Virus record (IMG/VR): IMGVR_UViG_2934356561_000002
Coordinates: 28,017 to 92,016 of that record
DNA from: a virus
Lineage: Duplodnaviria; Caudoviricetes
Reading direction: 5' to 3' (one strand)
DNA length: 64,000 nt
The translations under genes and the position numbers were made by a program. The notes below the pieces were generated by a model. That model saw only the letters and a program-made list of their open reading frames with translations, did no database searches and was not told where the DNA came from. Each line of letters opens with the position of its first letter. The first letter of the stretch is position 1. Below, in pieces: positions 9,701 to 18,818 of this stretch.

Positions 9701-12104
9701 CATTGACATCGACCGCGCCGTTCGACTCGCGAAGGGCCTGGGTGAGGCTGGAGATTTGCTGCTGGTGCTCGGCTGCGGCTGCGGCGGCTTTCTGCTGCCG
9801 TGTGGCGAGCATGCCGAGGCCGACGGTTGCTGCGGCGAGAGTGACGCCCCATGGGCCGCCCATGACGCCCATGAGACCGCCCATCGCCGAGCGGAATCCG
9901 GTGCCGGCTGCCGCGGTGACGCCGCGCAGCGCCCCGCCGAAGCCGGTCGCTCCTGCGGTCGCGGTACGGAAGCTGGCCCCCATGGCGCCAATGACCGGGA
10001 CTCTGGTCTGAAGTACCGCAAACGCGGCGCCGTACCGCCCGATCGATGCGCCGGATGCTGCGGCCAGGGTGCGCTGAACGGCCATCTGCTGGTTGAGGCT
10101 GCGGTAGGCGCCGGTGAGGCGGCCACCGACGGATCCGGCGACGCTCTGCGCGATGGGCCCGACGCGGCGCATGAGGAGCATTGCGAGGACAGCGGACTGT
10201 ACCGGGCCGGGCAGGGAGCCGAACATGCTCACCAGGCCGCCGACGAGGTGGCCGACTGGTCCGAGGACACCGGAGAGGAAAGAAAGTGCCTGGGCTGCGG
10301 CGTCCAGGGCGACGACGACGATGTCGAGTGTGCTGGCTACCCCGTCTCCCTCGCCAGTGACGTCTCCGAGCGCGGACACGACGGGTTCTGCGCCGTCGGC
10401 CAGGTTCTTCAGGACGTCGATGACCATCTGTCCTGCGGAGAGCAGAACGTGGAGGGCTGAGGCGACCGCGTCACCGCCGAGTTCCTTGAACGGGGCGAGC
10501 ATGTCTCCGGCGGCGTCCCCGATGTCGGCGAACTCGCGGCGGGCAGCTGCGGCAATGTCAGGGCCGAACAGGGTCGCTGCGTCGTTCATGTAGGCGAAGA
10601 AGTGCTCGATCTTCGGGGTGGCCTTGGACAGGCCTGACGTGATGCCGCGGGTGAGGAACTCCAGGCCTGGCGCCATCCCGTCGTAGATGGCGAGGCCGGT
10701 CTGCTTCGACTGGGTCTTCAACTGGAGCATGGCACCCGCGAGGCCCTTGCCCTTCGCCGCGGCGATCTGCGCAGCGGCCCCGGTCGAGGACACAGCCTGC
10801 ATCAGCGCGTCGAAGCTGTCGGTGCCCTGATGGGCCAGCGCGATGGCACCGGACATAGCGGGCTTGCCCATCGACTTCTTGACGGCGGCGGCGAAGTCCT
10901 GCTGTGTCATGGAGTGCTGGGCCTTGGACAGGCCCTCGATGACGTACCGCAAGCCCCTGAAGTTCCCCTGGGCGTCCCATGCCTGGATGCCCATGTCCTC
11001 GAGGCCCTGGGTCATCTGTTTCGTCGGGGAGGCCAGGTTCGCCATCATGCCCCGCAGGGTCGTACCGGCGGTCTGCCCGAGAATGCCCGCCTTACCGAGC
11101 ATGCCGACCGCGCTGGCGGCTTCCTGCATGTTGATGCCGAGACCATGCGCGACGGGCCCGGCGTACTTCATGGCGTAGTAGATGTCGGTGATGTCACCGG
11201 AGGCCGCGTTCGCCGTTGCGGCGAGGGTGTCGGCGGCGACTCCGGCCTGGTCGGCGCCCATGCCGAATTGATCCATCATGTCGCCGAGGTACTTGGCGGA
11301 GTCGGCGGCGTTGACCTGTGCTGCGCTGGCGAGAGTCAGGGAGGCCCGGGTCGCGCTGATCGCCTGATCGGTACGGAAACCAGCCTTGGCCAGCTCGACC
11401 ATGGACTCGGCGGCCTCGGCCGCTGTGGCGCCGGGCAGGGACAGGTCCGCACCGAGCTGACCGGCTGTCGCTGCGGCGCGCTGCATCTGCATCGCGGTAG
11501 CGCCCGCGACCGCCCCGAAGGTGTTCATCGACTGCTGGTACTCGTTGCCGTGCTTGATGAGGTCGCCAATCCCCATCACCAGCGCACCACCGGACAGGAG
11601 CGCGGCCGCACCTACGAGCTGGTGGCGGAGCCGGCCGGTGTCGGCGGCCATACGGCGGAGGCTGCCGTGGTCGTTGATGCCCCGCACGTGAGTGCTCGCG
11701 CGCCGGGCAGCGTCGGCGAGGCGCAGCAGGTCGCGGACGGCGGTGTCGATCTGCCCGGACATGCGGGCGAGCTGGCGGCCGGTGGTACGGGAGTTGTTGC
11801 CGAGGCTGTTGACGTGCCGGTTCGCGGTGCGGGCGGCGTCCCCGTACCGGCCCATCTGGCGGGCGGCGGTACGTGCATCGTTGCCGAGCGAGTTCAGGCG
11901 GCGTGCGGTGGTACGTGCGGCCGTGCCGAGGGTGCGGATGTGCCGGGTGGCGGCCTGGGACGCCTGCCCGAGCTCCCGCACTTCGGTCTTCGCAGTGCGC
12001 GCTGCGCCGCCGAGAGTCCGGGCGTGCTTGGCGGCGGACTTGAGGGACTGGGCCAGGTCGTTGCCGTGGCCCCGCAGGTCCACGGACAGGTTCCAGTTCG
12101 GCAC
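6687..12104 (-). CDS. tape measure protein (TP901-type core)
   Basis: 1805 aa, Ala-rich; GQTAGTTLRGMM..L core; two AxGG..EETGGEAYIPL motifs. Confidence 0.95.
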   Translation of the reverse strand: MPNWNLSVDLRGHGNDLAQSLKSAAKHARTLGGAARTAKTEVRELGQASQAATRHIRTLGTAARTTARRLNSLGNDARTAARQMGRYGDAARTANRHVNSLGNNSRTTGRQLARMSGQIDTAVRDLLRLADAARRASTHVRGINDHGSLRRMAADTGRLRHQLVGAAALLSGGALVMGIGDLIKHGNEYQQSMNTFGAVAGATAMQMQRAAATAGQLGADLSLPGATAAEAAESMVELAKAGFRTDQAISATRASLTLASAAQVNAADSAKYLGDMMDQFGMGADQAGVAADTLAATANAASGDITDIYYAMKYAGPVAHGLGINMQEAASAVGMLGKAGILGQTAGTTLRGMMANLASPTKQMTQGLEDMGIQAWDAQGNFRGLRYVIEGLSKAQHSMTQQDFAAAVKKSMGKPAMSGAIALAHQGTDSFDALMQAVSSTGAAAQIAAAKGKGLAGAMLQLKTQSKQTGLAIYDGMAPGLEFLTRGITSGLSKATPKIEHFFAYMNDAATLFGPDIAAAARREFADIGDAAGDMLAPFKELGGDAVASALHVLLSAGQMVIDVLKNLADGAEPVVSALGDVTGEGDGVASTLDIVVVALDAAAQALSFLSGVLGPVGHLVGGLVSMFGSLPGPVQSAVLAMLLMRRVGPIAQSVAGSVGGRLTGAYRSLNQQMAVQRTLAAASGASIGRYGAAFAVLQTRVPVIGAMGASFRTATAGATGFGGALRGVTAAAGTGFRSAMGGLMGVMGGPWGVTLAAATVGLGMLATRQQKAAAAAAEHQQQISSLTQALRESNGAVDVNVRAIATENLMSKKIDTWADGQQRLVDVAREAKIPMSDLVDAYTNQGSSLKDLQERLLGVAKASEFYYNSPDGTGASGKAYSDQGRAADDLRKSLGGLGGDFAKAAADAKSFNEGVKGAGNTSAYTRLKDAVGALASKTADADSRTRALREALDLLSGGSVSLQAAQARVNEAVTNANEAMAAGIDKADGWGNALIGANGALSTTTKNGQQLFSTLDTIADSSTTAAVKAYDFAQSQGKTVPQSIQAATKEMQRARDEAIRLGEGYGLSKKQAAGVADAMGLIPGRVSILLQTEGVDTVLAELLGVQAEFERFPDKKTIKVDALGDEAKKELEDIGYKIELIPGTREYKITAPTKAARTDLDLLIAKLGQTNGKTLTISAPTGKVKAELQTIQDKVRATKGKTLSIKAPTQEARQNLEALGYKIKNTKGKTVTITVPTGDATYNARIIQTAIDNIHGKTVGVYLSYRATSADKDANGVPDHVQAPQARGSVLDFYANGGTNRRGIRENHTAQIAPAGAWRVWAEEETGGEAYIPLSPSKRGRSRAITEETIRRLGGDPKSVQWHGDGAVVAFDSGGFSYTPAGMRRDTSYVQSAYSDSHQPIDKDAYNKKIRARKNAVDSLRSAEAALAALRRKKHTHAQMVAAENRVAKARRTLATATDAARKAESRYKKTFSLSDWQKTLKSAVSANTAYEKNLSKIATRGGADVIDQLRDLGEEGAALVASLAKASKKQFNDIVANLRKLGPLAKASLADYTKQLNASSKTSSAFQANLAKLASMGYGDLATQLAGQGDEAAQKLAAEAVKNKGKASSANAAAKTSGKQLSGDELEQLIQIIAAVKTSKTGLHSVADTTGLGEDEIITVANKATAQIKSSLGSRSTQFLADLARANKGLSYANGGIREGIYATRGGAVTFAEPSTGGEAFIPLGPGKRTAATKVLRDVAGRFGVGLTDMSATRPVVIIREDGDTNVTVTAVRTGASASDIGAQVGRSVRRARRGGVNARAAA

Positions 12105-12131
12105 CGGGCCCCTCCCCTCTTCTCTGGTTGT

Positions 12132-12545
12132 TCAGTCGTCGTCGGTGGTGCTGCGCCGCCTGCTGGCGACGAGTTCGCGCTGCGCTTCGATCGCTGCCGC
12201 CTGCGCTGCCGGGATCAGTGCGATCTTCATTCCGTTGTTGTCGGCGTCCTTGTCCCCTGCGAGCTCGGCCTGCTTGTCTGCGATGACCTGGCAGCCCACG
12301 CACCGCTGGACGGTGATGGCGTAGGCGTCTTCCTCGCCGGGGTGGCCGTGGTCCCAGTCGTCGTACCGGGTGCCGCACTGCGGGCACACGGTGCGCTGGT
12401 AGTCGCGGTAGGCGAGGGCTTTGGCCCGGTCGCGTGCCGTCCAGGTGCCGTCACCGATGCCTCGGAACAGGGAGTGCGGGATCCCCCACCGGTCGCAGAG
12501 TTCGAGCTCGCCACGGAGACGCTCATTCCTGATCAGCCTTTTCCC
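12132..12545 (-). CDS. tail assembly chaperone, -1 frameshift extension (gpT-like)
   Basis: Frame KRLIRNERLRGELELCDRWG entered via the GGGAAAA slippery site. Confidence 0.75.
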   Translation of the reverse strand, partial: GKRLIRNERLRGELELCDRWGIPHSLFRGIGDGTWTARDRAKALAYRDYQRTVCPQCGTRYDDWDHGHPGEEDAYAITVQRCVGCQVIADKQAELAGDKDADNNGMKIALIPAAQAAAIEAQRELVASRRRSTTDDD

Positions 12546-13105
12546 AGGTCCATGCGTGTCGTCTCCTGGACGTTCCACGCGGCGTTGAACAGCGCGGCGG
12601 CCTCGGCTTCAGACCAGGTGTCGAGATACTCGCGGGCATCGTCGACGGTCATGCCGTCGACCGAGGCGGCGGCAATCAGCTCGGGGCCGAGGGTTTCGAC
12701 GTTCAGGTCGTGCCCGTCCTCGGCCTGCTCCTCAGTCGCCGGGTGATCCTTCTTCAGCGTCTCGAACGCCAGCCTCGGCAACGCCCGGAACCGAAGGACG
12801 ATTGCCGCGGCGTCGAATGCGGTCTGTGCGGTTGCCATGTCCTGCTCGGCGGTCGCGACCGCAGCCTTGACGGCCTGGTCGTCGGGCCGGTCCTCGGCTT
12901 CGGCCTGGATGCGGCGCAGTGCGTACCGGGCGGTCTCCAGGGCGGTCTTGGCGTCGAGGTCGTCGCAGATCGTCAGCGCGGCCGTGTGCCGGGTGCGGTT
13001 GCGCAGACGTTCGCGGGTGGCCGCCCAGTGCAGGTCCTTCGCAACGACGGCGGCAGGCGGGGCGGGCGTGGTCTTGGCGGTGGCAGGCATGGGGTGGTCC
13101 TCCAT
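12533..13105 (-). CDS. tail assembly chaperone (gpG-like)
   Basis: Between tail tube and tape measure; ends ...DLGKG* on the slippery heptamer. Confidence 0.8.
   Translation of the reverse strand: MEDHPMPATAKTTPAPPAAVVAKDLHWAATRERLRNRTRHTAALTICDDLDAKTALETARYALRRIQAEAEDRPDDQAVKAAVATAEQDMATAQTAFDAAAIVLRFRALPRLAFETLKKDHPATEEQAEDGHDLNVETLGPELIAAASVDGMTVDDAREYLDTWSEAEAAALFNAAWNVQETTRMDLGKG
12539..12545 (-). other. programmed -1 ribosomal frameshift site GGGAAAA
   Basis: Minus strand CTG GGA AAA GGC TGA; the -1 frame stays open to 12132. Confidence 0.85.
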
Positions 13106-13193
13106 CAGAGGGGAAGGGGACCCCGGCCGGGCGCCAACAGGCGCCCCTTCCCGAACACCGTCGGGCCCGACCGGGAGTAATGGGGAGGTCGGG

Positions 13194-13664
13194 TCAGGTC
13201 GCCGGGATCGTTGCGTTGAGCAGCGGACGGTCCGTGATCGAGAACTTGACCATGATCTTGGCGGCCTCGTTGTCGGCGGTGATCGCTGCGGAGGTCGACG
13301 CGACGCGCACGGGGTAGACGTCGAGGCCCTTGGTGCTGGCCGCCTTGCCCTTGCGGGCGATCAGGATGAACCCGGTGGTGCCCTTGGCCAGGTCGGTCTC
13401 GACGGTGTCGGTGGTGTCGTCCTCGTAGAACGTCAGCGAGGAGTCCGCGGCGGAGTCGTCGCCGGGGATTTTCGCGACGAACGTGGAGTCCATGTCGGGG
13501 GTCTCGATCTCTTGGTTCTCGATGGAGAACCCGTCGACCGCGGCGATCTGCTTCGTGTAGTCGGTCGCGCCGGTGATCTCGACGAGCGTCGGCATGTAGT
13601 CGGCGGCGGCGATCGTCTCGGCGAAGAGGATCTTCGTTACGCCCTTGCGGTTGAACCTGGCCAT
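13194..13664 (-). CDS. major tail tube protein
   Basis: MARFNRKGVTKI...ETPDMDSTF...PG..SAADSSLTFYED; synteny. Confidence 0.85.
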   Translation of the reverse strand: MARFNRKGVTKILFAETIAAADYMPTLVEITGATDYTKQIAAVDGFSIENQEIETPDMDSTFVAKIPGDDSAADSSLTFYEDDTTDTVETDLAKGTTGFILIARKGKAASTKGLDVYPVRVASTSAAITADNEAAKIMVKFSITDRPLLNATIPAT

Positions 13665-13771
13665 GCTGGGGCCCCTTTTGGAATGCTCACGCGTGTGGGA
13701 GTCGGCCACCGGATGGGTGGCGCGTCCGCGCTGGGGCCGCCGCGGTGCGGTCGAAAATGCCTGGCCAGGGG

Positions 13772-14218
13772 TCAGGCTGGGGTCAGGGCGAGCCTGAACC
13801 GCTGCACATAACTGATGATCCCATCCGTGGGGTCGTTCGTTCCCCCTGGTTCGACGTCGAGCTCCCGGCACATGACCTTGATGCCGGGGATCGTGAGCGG
13901 GTGCAGCCACTCCCCCGACAGCGGGTCGCGGCCGAGGATCGCCGCACGGGCCTTGTCGGCGAGGAGTTCGGCCTGGTCGAGAGTGCCCATCGACGCGGGG
14001 CGGGACGGGTCGGGTCCGGACACGGACGTCACCTGGTAGACGACCACGAGGTCATCCAGAGTGTCGGTAAGCGGCGGCCCGTCGAGCCCGGTGTCGAGGG
14101 AGTAGAGCAGGTAGTAAGGCGGTTTCGCCTGCGGCATCCGTCCCTGCCCAACCGGGAACCCAGTAGCGGAGGCGAGGAGCGCTGTCAGTGCGTTGGTGAC
14201 GGATCGTCTGGGAATCAC
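13772..14218 (-). CDS. tail terminator / neck protein
   Basis: Position upstream of the tail tube; PPYYLLY, VYQVTSV motifs. Confidence 0.7.
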   Translation of the reverse strand: MIPRRSVTNALTALLASATGFPVGQGRMPQAKPPYYLLYSLDTGLDGPPLTDTLDDLVVVYQVTSVSGPDPSRPASMGTLDQAELLADKARAAILGRDPLSGEWLHPLTIPGIKVMCRELDVEPGGTNDPTDGIISYVQRFRLALTPA

Positions 14219-14601
14219 CGGAGCACCTCCACGACCGCGAACCGCATCTCCGTCATCAGCGTTGCCCCTATGTAGTCGATGGCGGGGCCGACGTGCGGGA
14301 ACGGGGGCTGGTTGTACACGCGGCCAAGGCTGTCCGGGCCGACGAACCCGAACTCCAGGCGCCGGCCCTGGGGGGCGCTCGTGCCAATGGTGCACAGCGC
14401 CCCGTACGGCAGGCGCCGGTTCGTCGTCTCCCATGAGCTCCGGTAGGCGCCGGTGATGACGCTCGGTCCTGGCCGACCGGACGCGTTGCCGCGGATACGA
14501 GCGCGGCCGAGCTCACCTGTGTGCTGGACGGCTCGCTGGATCGCGGGCCCGACCCGGGTGGCGGCCACTTCGAGGCGGTCCGCGAGTTGTTCAGGCGTCA
14601 C
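14215..14601 (-). CDS. HK97 gp10-like head-tail protein
   Basis: ITGAYRSSW...RLEFGF...PPFPHVGPA. Confidence 0.8.
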   Translation of the reverse strand: MTPEQLADRLEVAATRVGPAIQRAVQHTGELGRARIRGNASGRPGPSVITGAYRSSWETTNRRLPYGALCTIGTSAPQGRRLEFGFVGPDSLGRVYNQPPFPHVGPAIDYIGATLMTEMRFAVVEVLR

Positions 14602-15044
14602 GGGGTCACCTCGGCTTGCATCTGGTCGAGGGGGGTGATGCGTACGACTTCGACGGTTCCGGCACGGCCGGGGTCGGTGCAGATCCATGACCTGCCGAGG
14701 AGTCCGGTTCGGGCCGGATCGTGGACGGCGACGACGGTGATGACGGCGTCCTTGGGCGCGAGTGGTGCGTCGAGGGGGGTGAGGAGCCGGTACCGGGACG
14801 TTGTCTCTTGCACCCAGGGGAGGTTGTGGTTCGGTGTGGCGACGATTTCGGCCTGGGCGGATGAGCCCTGCACCCCACCGGGGCCCTCGTACAGGACTTC
14901 GCCTTCCGGGTACTCGAGCTGGCCCGTGTTCTCGTTGAGTACGGGGTCGCCGACGGCGGGCAGGGTGATGCGCACGGTGTCGATGAGGAGGTTCTCTCCG
15001 ATCCACCCGACAACTCCGGCGAGAGCATCGTCCAGGCCTTGCAT
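14598..15044 (-). CDS. head-tail adaptor/stopper (DUF6093-like)
   Basis: DTVRIT...NTGQLE...VLYEGPG motif; synteny. Confidence 0.7.
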   Translation of the reverse strand: MQGLDDALAGVVGWIGENLLIDTVRITLPAVGDPVLNENTGQLEYPEGEVLYEGPGGVQGSSAQAEIVATPNHNLPWVQETTSRYRLLTPLDAPLAPKDAVITVVAVHDPARTGLLGRSWICTDPGRAGTVEVVRITPLDQMQAEVTP

Positions 15045-15430
15045 CAGCCCCTCCCCTGCACCCAGTCGGCAAGTTGCTGGAGCATGGCGGTGGTGAGTTC
15101 GTGGCGGCTGCCGTCAAGGTCGTCACGTTCGAGCGCGGCTCGTTCCAGGGCGGCCGGTTCGATGCTCTGGAGGAACGCGGCAACGACCTGTCCATCGTCT
15201 TGCTCGGGCGCGGCAACGGCGACGTGGGCGAGGCCTTCGAAGTCGAGTCCCCGGTGTGGCACGGTGTGGAGCATGAGGACCGGGGGGCCGCCGACCTGGT
15301 GCTGGAGGCTGTACCCCTGGAGGGAGCGGCTGATGTCGACGCCGTCGACGACGACCTTCCCCATGGCACCGTCGACGGTGATGCGTACGTGGCGGGGCTC
15401 GTCAGCCATGCTCGGGGTGTCAGTCGTCAT
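15044..15430 (-). CDS. hypothetical phage protein
   Basis: Translationally coupled ORF in the head-tail region. Confidence 0.65.
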   Translation of the reverse strand: MTTDTPSMADEPRHVRITVDGAMGKVVVDGVDISRSLQGYSLQHQVGGPPVLMLHTVPHRGLDFEGLAHVAVAAPEQDDGQVVAAFLQSIEPAALERAALERDDLDGSRHELTTAMLQQLADWVQGRG

Positions 15431-15686
15431 CTCGGGCCACCTCTGCTCGCATGCGGGTGAGTGCGTAGTCCAGAAGGCCGATGAGTCGGTGGTAGGGCAC
15501 GGCGCCAGCGCCTTCGGGGACGAGCGTGCCCACCTGGGTGATACCGCCGTCCTCGTACCGTTGCGTGGACGTGACGACGATCCACTCGGTCATAACGCCC
15601 TGGAAGTCCTCAAGCCGCATGACGTTGTCGATGGCCTCTTCAAGGCGCTGGTACGCGGTCTTCAGCTCAGGGTTGGCCTCGCTCAT
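15420..15686 (-). CDS. hypothetical phage protein
   Basis: Coupled ORF with typical codon usage. Confidence 0.65.
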   Translation of the reverse strand: MSEANPELKTAYQRLEEAIDNVMRLEDFQGVMTEWIVVTSTQRYEDGGITQVGTLVPEGAGAVPYHRLIGLLDYALTRMRAEVARDDD

Positions 15687-16531
15687 GCAGTGTCTCCGGA
15701 TTCGATGTCGGTGCGGTTGTTCAGGTCGGGGCGGGGGATCCAGGACCGAACGCAGCCGTGGTGGGCGAGGGGGTACGTGTCGGCGTCGTCAATGCTGCGG
15801 ATCGTGCCGTCCGCGTGGTCAGTGTCGGCGTGATTCGTAAATCCGCACTCCGGGCCATCGACGCACTGCATCCACTGGGCGTCGAGCTCCCACCGGGCGG
15901 TGTTGATCGCGCCAGAGTTCGCGGCGACGACGCCCTGCCACGACAGGGCCGAGCATGCCCATGATTCGACGGGGTGCCGGGACTGGTCGGCGTAGATGAC
16001 GGTGGCGAGCGGGTGGTCGGTGGCCAGGCGGGCGCTGTCGATGCCCTCGTGGTTGCGGCCGCGGGTGACTTCGCGGGCGGCGTCCTGGGCGGTGCGGGCG
16101 AATGCCTGGGCGCGGCGTACGGCTTCCTGAACACGTCGCATCAGGTCAACGTAGAAGGTGGCGGTGATCGGAGTGATCGCGGCCTGGTGGTCGACAGTCC
16201 ACCGGAACAGGGTGACGTCCCGGTTCGCGCGGCGCAGTGCCTGTAAGGCGCCGTCGCGGTACGCGGTCGGCAGGTCGGTGGCCGCCCATCGTTCAGCGAA
16301 TGCACGGGCATCCCGTTCGAACTGGGCGACCTGGCGGTTGAACTCACTGACTGCGGTACGGACGCGGGTGGTGGAGCCGATGCCGGGCCGGATCCGTTCC
16401 AGGGTGCGGAGCAGCTGGTCCTGGGCGGTGATGAGGCGCCCCCAGTCGCGTGTGAGGCGGGCGACGGACAGGGCGATGAGGGTGAGGAGTTCTTCGCGGC
16501 TCCCGTGGCCCTGCTGTACGGGGGTGGTCAT
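15683..16531 (-). CDS. minor capsid / MuF-like protein
   Basis: C-terminal DGPEC...H...HHGCVRSW metal-binding motif. Confidence 0.7.
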   Translation of the reverse strand: MTTPVQQGHGSREELLTLIALSVARLTRDWGRLITAQDQLLRTLERIRPGIGSTTRVRTAVSEFNRQVAQFERDARAFAERWAATDLPTAYRDGALQALRRANRDVTLFRWTVDHQAAITPITATFYVDLMRRVQEAVRRAQAFARTAQDAAREVTRGRNHEGIDSARLATDHPLATVIYADQSRHPVESWACSALSWQGVVAANSGAINTARWELDAQWMQCVDGPECGFTNHADTDHADGTIRSIDDADTYPLAHHGCVRSWIPRPDLNNRTDIESGDTA

Positions 16532-16860
16532 CGGCGGGGCCGTTCGACGAGGTACATCACTCCGAACCCGCCCCCGGTGCCGTCAGGGTCGGTGGGGTCG
16601 TCCGGCGCGGGCGGGTCACCGGCCTGCAGGGCGGCGATCTGCCGTTCGTAGGCCTTGATGTTCTCGGTGTACGACACGGCCACGACGGAGGACACGTTGA
16701 CGGTGGACGGCTGAGTACGCAGCGCCGCAAGGCGTTCCCGAAGGATCTCAAGAGCCGTTGCCCGCGCAGTACCGAGCCTGGCGTACCGGGCGTCGAGGTC
16801 GGCCGGGTCCGTTTTGGGGCCGAGCTGTGAGATCAGCCAGGCGCGTACGGCTGCGTCCAC
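16528..16860 (-). CDS. head-tail connector-like protein
   Basis: GGAGG RBS; position after the capsid genes. Confidence 0.6.
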   Translation of the reverse strand: MDAAVRAWLISQLGPKTDPADLDARYARLGTARATALEILRERLAALRTQPSTVNVSSVVAVSYTENIKAYERQIAALQAGDPPAPDDPTDPDGTGGGFGVMYLVERPRR

Positions 16861-16951
16861 CAGGTCCTCCGGTCATGTGTGGGGCGGGAAGGGGTGAAGC
16901 AGGTGCGGGCCCGGCCTGGCGCCCCACCAGGGGGTCGGGCCCGCACACCGC

Positions 16952-17224
16952 TTACTGACCGCTGGTGCCCTCGGCAGCGGCCGTCCGGCCCCGGGCCGGC
17001 TTTCGGGCCGCCGTCTTACGGGCGGCCGGTTCGGTGTCCGCGTCGTCGCCCGTGGGCGTCGGCTCGGCGGGTGCGGTGTCGGGGAGCTTGCCGTCTTCCC
17101 ACGCTGCAGGGTTGGTGACCAGGGTGGCCAGGCGGGCCTCGGGGCTGGTCCCGGCCTGGAGGATGACGGTCTCGTTGGTGTCCGGGTCGGTGACGTACAC
17201 CGCCGCGGCGAGCTTGGCGGCCAT
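16952..17224 (-). CDS. hypothetical capsid-associated protein
   Basis: Directly follows the major capsid; basic C-terminal tail. Confidence 0.7.
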   Translation of the reverse strand: MAAKLAAAVYVTDPDTNETVILQAGTSPEARLATLVTNPAAWEDGKLPDTAPAEPTPTGDDADTEPAARKTAARKPARGRTAAAEGTSGQ

Positions 17225-17227
17225 GGC

Positions 17228-18280
17228 TCAGAACACCTTGGCTGTGATGTGGATGTCCGGTACGTACAGGACCGGCATGGCGACGGCGGCGCCCTTCGTC
17301 CACACCTGAACCGGGTCGTCGGTGTAGCCGTGGGTGACGACGATGCCGGGTGCCTCTTCCCGCAGGATGGCGGGGTTGCCGCCGGACGAGAGGACGAGGG
17401 ACTCGGCGGTGACGCCGTACTGGGTCTCGCCCCACGTCTGCGGGTTCGGCGGGAGCATCAGCCACCGGTCCTCGGGGATCGGGCGGACCATGGTGCCGTC
17501 GTCCTTCGGGATCTGCACGTCGTAGATCTCGATCGGCGGGAGGTTGTAGCGGGCGCGGACGGTGTCGACCTCGTTCGGTGCGAGGACCGCGGTGGGGATG
17601 GTGGACGCGGAGTTGACGCTGCCGTAGAACGCCGCCCGGTAGGAGTTGTTCGCGGCGAGGAGGCTGCGCGCCTTGTAGGAGGTTTTGACGCGGGCCGGGA
17701 GCGGGGCACCGGACGCGCGAAGCGTCTCGATCCACTTCATCTCGTCGGCGAGGGCGTCCGCGGTCGGGTCTGTCCACGCGGTTGCGGCGGTCGGCATGTT
17801 CGCCGCCGGGACGCCGGCGTCGTACTCGACAGTGAGGCCGTTCTCCCCGGTGAGGGTGAACTTGCCGTCGGTGAGGAGGTCGCCGACGGCAAGTTCGAGG
17901 CGGGACTTGATGGACTGCACGTGTGCGGCGATGTCCTGGTAGAGCAGTTCCACGAGCTCGGACGCGTCGGCGCCGCGGGAGGTGTCGAGGAGGATCTGCT
18001 CCAGCTCGCCGACCAGGTACTTCTGTCCGAGTGGGGGCAGCATGCCCTCGGTGACGATGCGCTTCGCCTCGCGGGTGGCGACCTTGGTCTGCGCGTCCCA
18101 CGCCCGGTAGTTCGCCGCATTGACTCGGCGGCTGGTGGACTTGATGCGGAACTTCACCGAGTTGATGGTGCGTTCCGGCATGACAGAGAGGGTCAGCGCG
18201 TAGTCCGCGGGGGTCTGTACGGCCCGCGCGAAGGCGTTGATCTCGGTGGCGTCGATGTCCCTGAGCAGGGTCTCAAGCAT
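17228..18280 (-). CDS. major capsid protein (lambda gpE-like family)
   Basis: 350 aa after the decoration gene; ends DPVQVWTKGAAVAMPVL. Confidence 0.88.
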   Translation of the reverse strand: MLETLLRDIDATEINAFARAVQTPADYALTLSVMPERTINSVKFRIKSTSRRVNAANYRAWDAQTKVATREAKRIVTEGMLPPLGQKYLVGELEQILLDTSRGADASELVELLYQDIAAHVQSIKSRLELAVGDLLTDGKFTLTGENGLTVEYDAGVPAANMPTAATAWTDPTADALADEMKWIETLRASGAPLPARVKTSYKARSLLAANNSYRAAFYGSVNSASTIPTAVLAPNEVDTVRARYNLPPIEIYDVQIPKDDGTMVRPIPEDRWLMLPPNPQTWGETQYGVTAESLVLSSGGNPAILREEAPGIVVTHGYTDDPVQVWTKGAAVAMPVLYVPDIHITAKVF

Positions 18281-18294
18281 GACTCAGGCCCCTA

Positions 18295-18705
18295 TCAGGC
18301 GAAGTGGATGAGGTCGGTGCGGGACTCGGCCGCCGGGACGGTCAGCGCGACGGGCAGCAGCGCCGTGGTGACGTCGCCGTGGACGAGGAGTGCCCCGCCG
18401 ACCTTGGTGGAGGCCGGGTTGAAGTGCGTGTCGGTGGCGAGCAGCCCGGCGAGGATCTGCGTGCCGTCGGTCGCGTCCGACTTGTACGGGGCGTACAGCC
18501 CGGATGCGGTGAGCTTCCCGAGGGGCAGCCCGCTCTTGAACACGGCCTGCGGGGTCTGGGCGCTGGCGGGCAGGTAGTGGGTGCCCGACGTGAACTTCGA
18601 GACGTCGAGGGTGATCGTGGCGTTCATGCCCGAGCCGTGCAGATTGCGCAGCCACCGCCGGTCGGCGGTCACGGTCTCGGTGGTGGTCATCGGCTGGATG
18701 TCCAT
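18295..18705 (-). CDS. head decoration protein
   Basis: KSGLPLGKLTASGLYAPY...DGTQILAGLL motif. Confidence 0.85.
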   Translation of the reverse strand: MDIQPMTTTETVTADRRWLRNLHGSGMNATITLDVSKFTSGTHYLPASAQTPQAVFKSGLPLGKLTASGLYAPYKSDATDGTQILAGLLATDTHFNPASTKVGGALLVHGDVTTALLPVALTVPAAESRTDLIHFA

Positions 18706-18818
18706 GCCGATCTCCTCCCGTGGATGTGGGATGGCACTAGAGGGGCGGGCAACCGGTGCTGGTGCCGTCCACGGGGTGGTGCGTGAGGGCGTGGTCCCTC
18801 GGTCTGTGGGTCGCCGGG

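Noticed and set aside
6561-12746. Long overlapping ORFs antisense or out of frame to the tape measure gene (and similar ones elsewhere)
   Set aside because: Shadow ORFs expected from GC3-biased coding; Arg/Pro/Gly-rich with no motifs or RBS.
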